This document shows positions 18,471-25,014 of a stretch of 25,014 nt of DNA, piece after piece. A program made the translations under genes and the position numbers. The stretch lies in assembly GCA_903871975.1 (NCBI GenBank), contig CAIQIY010000619.1:1-25014 (forward strand), read 5' to 3'. Position 1 is the first letter of the stretch. Each line of letters starts with the position of its first letter. The DNA is from an uncultured Chloroflexota bacterium (GTDB taxonomy: Bacteria > Chloroflexota > Chloroflexia > Chloroflexales > Roseiflexaceae). The notes beneath the pieces are model-generated. The model had not been told where the DNA came from. It made no database searches and saw only the letters and a list, made by a program, of their open reading frames with translations.

Positions 18471-19738
18471 CACACACTCCCCTTGTATCCGGCGGCCCGC
18501 GCGAGCCGGTCTGCTGCCAGTGCACGCCAGCCGACGACGGCGATCGGCGCGAGTGCGAGCAGTGCGCCGAGCACGCAAAGCCAGCCATAGCCGACCGATG
18601 CCATGATGAATCCGCTGCTCAGCGCTGCGCTGGCAGCCGAGACATTGACGGCCAGTTCGCTCAGCCCCTGATAGGCGCCCCGTTCGGCGGGCACCAGCGT
18701 GTCGGCCAGCAGCGACGAGCCGCCAATATAGCAGAGGTTCCAGCCCCAACCGACAAGGAAGAGCGCGAAGGCGATCCACGGTGTCATCAGCGAGAGCGGC
18801 GCCAGCAATGATCCGATGAGCAGGATCAGCGCCCCGGCGACGATGATGGCGTTGCGCCCGAATCGATCAGCCAGATAGCCGGTGACGAACGAGAGGGCGA
18901 ACATGCCGAATGTGTGCGAACTGAGTACGGCGCCGATATCGCCAAGCCCGTGGTCGTGATGATCCATGTGCAGCGAGGTGACGGTCATCACCAGCACCAT
19001 CACGACTTGGCCGAAGACCATGGCGGCGACGGCGATCTGCACCTGTGGCACGCCGATGATGGCGGCGAAGCTGCGTGCCGCACGCGGCTCCTCGCCGCTC
19101 GCCGCCGCCTCGGCAGCACTCAGCGCCCGCGCGATGTCACGTGGATCCGGGCGCAATCCCAGGCCGAGCAGCACTGCACCGACCAGCAAGAGCACGCTAC
19201 CACCAAACATCGGTCCGGCGAGTGGTGCGATGCCCCACGTGCCGACCTGCTCGCCGAGCGGCCCGACCAGCATCGGGCCGAGGACCGAGCCGATCGTGCT
19301 GGCGAACACGATCGTGCTGATGGCACGGGCGCGCTGATCGATCGGTTGTGCGTCGGCGGCCGCGTAACGCCCCTGGTCGATGGCACTGCGCGATGCGCCG
19401 ATGAACGCCAGCCCGATGAGGAACAGCACAAAGCTGCCGGATGCGATGGCGATGCCGCCTATCAGCATGCCGACCGTACCAAGCACAAATCCCAGCGTGA
19501 GCCCGACACGCCTCCCGGCCGACTGCATCAGGCGGCCGAGCGGGAACGCTGCCAGCGCTGCCCCGATCTGCAGCAGTGTCCCTGGTAGCCCGGCGAGTGC
19601 GTCCTGGCCGCTGAGTCGGGCGCCGACGATTGGATTGATGGTGAACGTTGCGATCAGGCCGGCTGATGCCAGGCTCTGGGTGATGAAGAGGATCGCAATC
19701 AGCCGGCGGCCAATCGTCGTGGTGTAACGGAGCGTCAT
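18470..19738 (-). CDS. Major facilitator superfamily transporter
   Basis: About 12 TM segments; MFS motif A in both halves ([10 protein letters not shown]; [10 protein letters not shown]); RYAAAD and HHDH loop. Confidence 0.9.
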   Translation of the reverse strand: MTLRYTTTIGRRLIAILFITQSLASAGLIATFTINPIVGARLSGQDALAGLPGTLLQIGAALAAFPLGRLMQSAGRRVGLTLGFVLGTVGMLIGGIAIASGSFVLFLIGLAFIGASRSAIDQGRYAAADAQPIDQRARAISTIVFASTIGSVLGPMLVGPLGEQVGTWGIAPLAGPMFGGSVLLLVGAVLLGLGLRPDPRDIARALSAAEAAASGEEPRAARSFAAIIGVPQVQIAVAAMVFGQVVMVLVMTVTSLHMDHHDHGLGDIGAVLSSHTFGMFALSFVTGYLADRFGRNAIIVAGALILLIGSLLAPLSLMTPWIAFALFLVGWGWNLCYIGGSSLLADTLVPAERGAYQGLSELAVNVSAASAALSSGFIMASVGYGWLCVLGALLALAPIAVVGWRALAADRLARAAGYKGSV

Positions 19739-19769
19739 ACGCCCGTGTCCTTTCCGAACTGTTCGAAAC

Positions 19770-20822
19770 TCATGGCTGCACCACGCTGGCGAAGCCGGTC
19801 AACACCGCAGCAACATTGCGCCCCAGCGCATCGACCGCGTAGCCACCCTCCTGGACGAACACCGTCGGCAGGCCGAGTGTGGCGATGCGCGCTCCGATCG
19901 GGTGGAAGGCAGCGGCGCTCAGCGCAAAGCTGGCGCCCATCGCGGCGACGGGATCGTCGGCAGCGGTGTCGACACCGAGCGAGACGATCAGTGCCGCCGG
20001 CATACGCGCGCCAATGAGCGCCAGGGCGGCATCAAGCGCTGCCAGGTAGCTGGCGTCGTCGGTGCCGGCCGGCAGGACGAGGTTGTGGGTCCAGCCGCGG
20101 CCGACGTCTCGGCCGATTTCGTCGGCATATCCGCTGAAGTAGGGATAATGCTCGGCAGGATCGGCATGCAGCGAGACGAACAGCACATCATCGCGCGCTT
20201 CGAAGATCTGCTGGGTGCCATTGCCATGATGGAAATCGATGTCGAGGATCGCGACGCAGCGCCCGGCACAGTGCCGACGCAGATACTCGGCGGCGATCGC
20301 GGCGTTGTTGAGGAAGCAGTAGCCGCCACACAGATCAGGGCCGGCGTGATGGCCGGGTGGGCGGCACAGCGCGTAGGCTGCCGATGCGCCCGCCTGCACG
20401 TGCCGGGCGGCAGTCAACGCAGCATCGGCCGCAGCGCGCGCTGCGGCGTACGTCCCAGCCACGATCGGTGCACTCAGGTCGAAGCTGTAGTATCCCGGTG
20501 CGGCGAGTGGCGTCAGGCTGCGGCGCGACATGCCACGCACCGCAAACGTTCCGGGCAATACTGCCTCGGGCGATCCACCGGCCGCGACCCAGCGCCGGTA
20601 GGCGTGTGCGAGGTACTCGAGGTACTCGGGGGGGTGTACCGCCCGGATGTGCTGATCATCCCATTGGTCTGGCATGAGGATCGGGCCGAGATTGGCATGG
20701 CGCAGCGCGGCCTCGATGAGCGTGGCACGCAGTGGCGATTCGTAGAGTGGCACCAACCGGCCATCGGTGAACTCGTGCGGCGGGTGATGCGACGCGGTGT
20801 CGGGCGTCAGGACGGTGATCAC
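19770..20822 (-). CDS. Histone-deacetylase-family amidohydrolase, acetylpolyamine amidohydrolase (APAH)-like
   Basis: RPPGHHA, GGYCFLNNAA, LDIDFHHGNGTQ, SLHADP, SLGVDT, QEGGY. GTG 20822 is preferred because of an AAGGAG SD and a promoter at 20892-20900. Confidence 0.9.
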   Translation of the reverse strand: MITVLTPDTASHHPPHEFTDGRLVPLYESPLRATLIEAALRHANLGPILMPDQWDDQHIRAVHPPEYLEYLAHAYRRWVAAGGSPEAVLPGTFAVRGMSRRSLTPLAAPGYYSFDLSAPIVAGTYAAARAAADAALTAARHVQAGASAAYALCRPPGHHAGPDLCGGYCFLNNAAIAAEYLRRHCAGRCVAILDIDFHHGNGTQQIFEARDDVLFVSLHADPAEHYPYFSGYADEIGRDVGRGWTHNLVLPAGTDDASYLAALDAALALIGARMPAALIVSLGVDTAADDPVAAMGASFALSAAAFHPIGARIATLGLPTVFVQEGGYAVDALGRNVAAVLTGFASVVQP

Positions 20823-20891
20823 GGTGCTGGCTATGCTCCTTTGCGTGCGTACGGCGCCACGACGCCGCCGCGTCGTCAGCGCAGGACCCGC

Positions 20892-20900
20892 AGTATAGCA
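20892..20900 (-). promoter_or_regulatory. Extended -10 promoter (TGCTATACT) for the APAH-MFS-tdk operon
   Basis: TGnTATACT about 70 nt upstream of the preferred start codon. Confidence 0.6.
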
Positions 20901-20993
20901 GAGCCTGGGGACGTGTGCGACCGGCTGATCGCCATGTGCGGCGGCGCCTGCATCAGGCGTCACTCCAACGCCAAAAATACGCATTTCTCCTTA

Positions 20994-21022
20994 TGGACGC
21001 AATACTATTCGTCGTGTAGGAT
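20994..21022 (+). promoter_or_regulatory. Possible sigma70 promoter TGGACG-17-TAGGAT for the 185-aa ORF
   Basis: Near-consensus hexamers with an exact 17-nt spacer in an AT-rich patch. Confidence 0.35.
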
Positions 21023-21207
21023 GGGATTGTCAGTCCCGTTGGTCGACCCCGGGTGGCCGCGTGTCGGTGCCTGAGCATGTGCTGTTGTCATGGGCGTGCG
21101 GTACCGCTCGCATTGCGCGTGGCATGTACCGGCCGCGTCAGTTGGCGCAGCCGTGGTCGCTTCCCCCGGGGCAGATGCGGATCGATGGCTCACATGAGGT
21201 CAGGACG

Positions 21208-21765
21208 ATGAGCGCTGCACCGAATCAACCTGTCGGCGACGGTGATGTGTATGGCGAGGATTTTCCGCAGCTCGCACAGGCCCAGAATGCCGGTTACGAC
21301 ATGGCGGTGATCAACGGTCACAAATATCCTTTGTCGGTGGTCGTCAATGTGCTGCTGGTGATCTATGAGATGCTGGCGGATCCGCACACACGGGCGATCC
21401 TGGTGTGGGCGATCGAGATCATCGAAGCGCGGGGCACGACACCCGTCGAACACGATCCGCGATTTGCCCAATATCGTGCGATATTGCGCAAAAATGGCCT
21501 GATCATCAGTAACCCCTCCGGTCATGGCGTGCAATTTGTCCCCGAGTTCCACGACATGATCCGGCTCATTGAGCGACAGGTTTCGCTCTACGATCGGCTC
21601 GTCGACAACCTGATCGCGCGGCAGTCGCATGACTTCCGCCTCCCGCTGCGCCTCTCGTGGTATGACTCGCGTACTGGAACCTACTCGGATATCGCCGACA
21701 AGGACGACTCGGAGTTCCTGATCTCCAGTAGTCTGGTACGGTTTGCCGAGAGTATGCGCTGGTAG
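21208..21765 (+). CDS. Hypothetical protein, 185 aa (possible winged-helix segment)
   Basis: Globular-looking composition and gene-like codon use; GAGGT/AGGA SD-like sequence before ATG 21208. No family recognised. Confidence 0.7.
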   Translation: MSAAPNQPVGDGDVYGEDFPQLAQAQNAGYDMAVINGHKYPLSVVVNVLLVIYEMLADPHTRAILVWAIEIIEARGTTPVEHDPRFAQYRAILRKNGLIISNPSGHGVQFVPEFHDMIRLIERQVSLYDRLVDNLIARQSHDFRLPLRLSWYDSRTGTYSDIADKDDSEFLISSSLVRFAESMRW

Positions 21766-22058
21766 TGCTCCGTGCGGCTGGGCTACGCTGCATGTGATCG
21801 GGCGACGCCACGAGCCGGCGCAGTCTGCCGTGTCGGCCCATGTGCTGGCTTTCCGTCCGCCGATCGACACCATGGATCCGCGTGTTGCCGATGCTGGACG
21901 CTGGGGTGAGCGAACGTCAGCGTAGCCTGACGCTCGGTCGTACAGCGTGTCCCCGCGCGCTCTGACTCGAACGACGGGCCATACCTGCCGGCCAGCGCTT
22001 GCCGATGATCTATCCATGCCGCCGTTGCATGTGTGGACACCCGTTGCAGCGACATCCA

Positions 22059-22067
22059 TGGTATAAC
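22059..22067 (+). promoter_or_regulatory. Possible extended -10 promoter (TGGTATAAC) for the tandem HD gene
   Basis: TGnTATAAC about 170 nt upstream of ATG 22234. Confidence 0.4.
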
Positions 22068-22233
22068 CGTTGTACCGGAACGGGCACAGGCAGTACTGGC
22101 ACGAATCGGTGTGCCAGGTCTCCAGCAGCGGGGTGCGTGCTGGCCGTTGGGCCGGGATCGACCACACATGGTTGTGCTGGTCGGCCGACGAGCGGTCCGG
22201 CCTGCTGCATCAATGTGTCACAGGAAGGTGACC

Positions 22234-23466
22234 ATGACAGACGACACATCCACGCCGGCCACACGCTACACCGATGCCCTGTGCTTTGCCGCCGAACGGC
22301 ATCGTTTCCAGCTGCGCAAAGGCTCTGCCATCCCATACATCACGCATCCGGTCGCGGTTGCCGAATTGCTGATGCAGCGTGGCTTTGGCGGCGACATCAT
22401 CGTCGCTGCGTTGTTGCACGATGTCGTCGAGGATTGTGACGTCACCCTGGATGAACTGGACACCCGCTTCGGTGCCGGCGTCGCCGAACTGGTCGGCCTG
22501 GTGAGCGAGCGCAAGCGCGATGATGATGGCAGCGCGCTCCCGTGGGAGCTGCGCAAGCACGAGCAGCTCGCGCACGTTCGTGGCGGCAGCCCGCTGGCAG
22601 TGGCCCTGAAGTGGGCTGACGCACTCCACAACGCACAGTCCATACGGCGCGGCCTCGAGCAGATCGGGGCTGATGTCTGGACGCGGTTCAAGGTCGGCCG
22701 CACGGCACAGGTCTGGTGGTACCTGTCGGTCTGCGATGTCGTGCGCGAAGCCGGTCGGGGCGATCTCGCCGGCGAACTCGAGCAAGAGGTCGCCGCAATC
22801 ATCTGGCAAACGTCCGGCCATGAAGCTGGACACATGTCGCCGATCGTGCCGGCAGGCGGGGGAGGCGACGGCTTTGCGCGGCGTTATGCCGATGCGCTGC
22901 AGTTCGCCGCAGAACAACACGCCATGCAGGTGCGCAAAGGCTCTGCCATCCCGTATATCACGCATCCGGTCGCAGTTGCCGAATTGCTGATGCAGCGTGG
23001 CTTCGGCGGCGACATCATCATCGCCGCGTTGCTGCACGATGTCGTCGAGGATTGTGCCGTCACCCTGGATGCCCTGAGCGCGCGCTTCGGCGCCGGCGTC
23101 GCCGAACTGGTCGGTGTGGTCACCGAACAGGAGCCGGATGATGTGCGCAGCGAGCGTCCGTGGCAGGATCGCAAACGCGACCGGCTCGCGAGCATTCGCG
23201 CCGGTGGACCAACTGCGGTGGCGTTGAAGTGGGCTGATGCGATGCATAATGCACAAGCTACACTGCGCGACAGCGAACAGCACGGATCCATGGTCTGGAC
23301 AAGATTCCAGGTGGGCCGCACATCGAAGATCTGGTGGTACCTCTCGATCGCCGACATCGTCCGCGATGCTGGCAGGCCCGACCTCGCCGGCGAACTCGAG
23401 CAAGAGGTCGGTGCGATCGTCTGGCAAGGCAGCAGACATGGCGCACCGCACGAGCCGCAACGCTGA
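22234..23466 (+). CDS. Protein of two tandem RelA/SpoT-type HD hydrolase domains (Mesh1/small alarmone hydrolase-like), 410 aa
   Basis: Each half has RKGSAIPYITHP, ALLHDVVED and ALKWADAxHNA. GGAAGG SD precedes ATG 22234. No synthetase domain. Confidence 0.9.
   Translation: MTDDTSTPATRYTDALCFAAERHRFQLRKGSAIPYITHPVAVAELLMQRGFGGDIIVAALLHDVVEDCDVTLDELDTRFGAGVAELVGLVSERKRDDDGSALPWELRKHEQLAHVRGGSPLAVALKWADALHNAQSIRRGLEQIGADVWTRFKVGRTAQVWWYLSVCDVVREAGRGDLAGELEQEVAAIIWQTSGHEAGHMSPIVPAGGGGDGFARRYADALQFAAEQHAMQVRKGSAIPYITHPVAVAELLMQRGFGGDIIIAALLHDVVEDCAVTLDALSARFGAGVAELVGVVTEQEPDDVRSERPWQDRKRDRLASIRAGGPTAVALKWADAMHNAQATLRDSEQHGSMVWTRFQVGRTSKIWWYLSIADIVRDAGRPDLAGELEQEVGAIVWQGSRHGAPHEPQR
22264..23427 (+). 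repeat. Intragenic tandem duplication, period 618 nt (about 22264-22809 and 22882-23427)
   Basis: Same 618-nt offset at both ends. Segments 22315-22452 and 22933-23070 differ at 8 of 138 nt by hand count. Confidence 0.93.
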
Positions 23467-23530
23467 TGCGAGCCAGTGGCTGCCGATCCGTCACGCGAGC
23501 TGCATCCACGTTCGTGTCTGGAGAACCCGC

Positions 23531-23986
23531 ATGACCGAAACGTACGTCATTCGTCCGCTGGCCGCTGCGGATCGTAGCGCATGGGAGCCATTGTGGCAGG
23601 GCTACCAGGCGTTCTACCGTGTGAGCATTCCTGCCGAGACGACCGAGGTTACCTGGCAGCGTCTGACCGACGGTGCCGCGCCGATGAACGCACTGGGTGC
23701 ATTCGTTGGCACCGAGCTCGTGGGGATCGTGCACGTGATCGCCCATCCGTCATGCTGGTTCCGCGAGCCGGTCTGGTACCTTCAAGACCTGTATGTACTG
23801 CCAGACCATCGCGGTCACGGCATCGGGCGAGCACTGATCGAGGCAGTGTACGCTCGCGCCGACGCCGCGGGTGCGGCACGCGTCTACTGGCTGACCCACG
23901 AGAGCAACACCACGGCCATGGCGTTGTACGACCAAATTGCCGCACGTAGTGGATTCGTCCAGTATCGGCGCGATCGGCCCGGATGA
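23531..23986 (+). CDS. GNAT N-acetyltransferase, 151 aa
   Basis: WYLQDLYVLPDHRGHGIGRALI (motif A), VYWLTHESNTTAMALY; GGAG SD before ATG 23531. Confidence 0.9.
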   Translation: MTETYVIRPLAAADRSAWEPLWQGYQAFYRVSIPAETTEVTWQRLTDGAAPMNALGAFVGTELVGIVHVIAHPSCWFREPVWYLQDLYVLPDHRGHGIGRALIEAVYARADAAGAARVYWLTHESNTTAMALYDQIAARSGFVQYRRDRPG

Positions 23987-24202
23987 TCGATGTCGTGTGC
24001 GCTGGGCTTCAGCGGGCGCCCGAAGGAATTGGGTGACCAGCGATCGAGCGACTGAGCCGGGCAACGCCGCGCGCGCTACGCTGTGGTCGGTCGATGAGCG
24101 TACGGCCGCGCTCAAGACACGCCTTCAGGCACGTTCGTCGCGCTGCTGCGTGCTCGAGAGGGCGGAGCGGCGCGCTCTGCGGCAAGCTGCATGCGCACGA
24201 GC

Positions 24203-24240
24203 AATAAATGAGGAGCCACCAGCAAACCTGCTGGTGACCC
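24203..24240 (-). terminator. Probable intrinsic terminator after tRNA-Pro
   Basis: On the - strand, GGGTCACCAGCA-GGTT-TGCTGGTGGCTC hairpin followed by CTCATTTATT. Confidence 0.6.
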
Positions 24241-24246
24241 CCGTGT

Positions 24247-24323
24247 TGGTCGGGGCGAGTGGATTCGAACCACCGACCTCAGCGACCCGAACGCTGCGCT
24301 CTACCAGGCTGAGCCACGCCCCG
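24247..24323 (-). tRNA. tRNA-Pro (anticodon CGG)
   Basis: Folds as CGGGGCG acceptor, GCTC/GAGC D arm, CAGCG-TTCGGGT-CGCTG anticodon arm, GGTTCGAATCC T loop, encoded CCA; 77 nt. Confidence 0.97.
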
Positions 24324-24355
24324 ATGCCGACCAACCGAACAGACTGACGGTACCT

Positions 24356-24441
24356 TGGTGCCGAAGGTGGGAGTCGAACCCACACGAGGTCGCCCTCAAC
24401 GGTTTTTGAGACCGTCGCGTCTGCCATTCCGCCACTTCGGC
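24356..24441 (-). tRNA. tRNA-Leu (anticodon CAA)
   Basis: GCCGAAG acceptor, ACGGT-CTCAAAA-ACCGT anticodon arm, long variable arm, GGTTCGACTCC T loop, encoded CCA; 86 nt. Confidence 0.97.
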
Positions 24442-24451
24442 GATGCCGCGC

Positions 24452-24480
24452 AGTATAGCCGAACATGGCGAAAACGTCAA
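24452..24480 (-). promoter_or_regulatory. Sigma70 promoter of the tRNA-Leu/tRNA-Pro operon
   Basis: TTGACG-17 nt-TATACT, ending 11 nt before the tRNA-Leu 5' end. Confidence 0.85.
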
Positions 24481-25014
24481 ACAGCCCGAATCGCTCATGT
24501 CGCGCGCAGCCCCCTGGGACGCTCGGTGCCACGATGTCGTGTGGTACAGCGATGAGCCGCCACACCGAGCATGCGACCGCTGCTTCCAACGGCGCGACGT
24601 TGATACACCATCGCACCGCGGCTCCAGTGACGCTGCAAGAGTGTGCAGCGCAGATCCGTCATGGATCTGCGAGCAACCATTGCCGGCGCCACGGCGACAC
24701 CCCATCGGTGTAATCCGACGATGGTCGCGGCTGCCGTGGACTGCTCGTGCGGCAACGAAGCATGTACCACCGCGCTCTGCGTCACGCGTCGGTGCTGGCC
24801 AACCGTGCATGATATTCCGCGTGGCGAGCGCACCCGCGCCGCGTCGCGCAGCCATCCATCCATGCCCGACCAAGGACATGCGAATGCATCGGCATGTGCG
24901 ACGTCTGGGTACACCGGGGCACGTGACCCACGATGCAACACCCAGTGATGACGTCGGTCGACCAGCTGTTACCTGGTGATTTCGGCAACGTTGTCGCGTG
25001 GAGGCACGAGCCGG

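Noticed and set aside
21000-24323. Genomic island integrated at tRNA-Pro carrying the orphan, HD and GNAT genes
   Set aside because: No integrase, no duplicated tRNA 3' end spotted by eye, and no clear GC shift. A short att site cannot be excluded without a search.
1-25014. CRISPR array, IS element, prophage, rRNA
   Set aside because: No regularly spaced short repeats, transposase/integrase motifs, phage genes or rRNA-like sequence were seen.

Overview
25 kb GC-rich bacterial chromosomal window. Protein style (lipoproteins with Pro/Ala/Thr linkers, FHA fusion, DUF2723-like glycosyltransferase) suggests Chloroflexota; this is inference only. Left to right: (1) a coupled + strand run: 3' part of a nucleotide-sugar dehydrogenase, S9 peptidase, a 43-aa membrane ORF missed by the ORF track, a calcineurin-like metallophosphoesterase, and a signal peptide-subtilase-TM-FHA fusion; (2) a 66-aa zinc-finger-like mini-gene on the - strand with its own promoter; (3) a cobalamin riboswitch and btuFCD-type transporter; (4) a convergent aapJQMP-type amino-acid ABC transporter; (5) DUF192, GNAT and a GT-C membrane protein; (6) a convergent acetylpolyamine amidohydrolase-MFS-tdk operon; (7) an orphan 185-aa ORF, a protein with two tandem Mesh1/SAH-type HD domains, and a GNAT; (8) tRNA-Leu(CAA) and tRNA-Pro(CGG) with promoter and terminator. 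No integrase, transposase or CRISPR array was seen. The best candidates for undescribed biology are the tandem alarmone-hydrolase-like protein and its neighbours, the subtilase-FHA operon, the zinc-finger mini-protein, and the riboswitch platform that appears to control a short upstream ORF. All calls are from motif reading without database searches.
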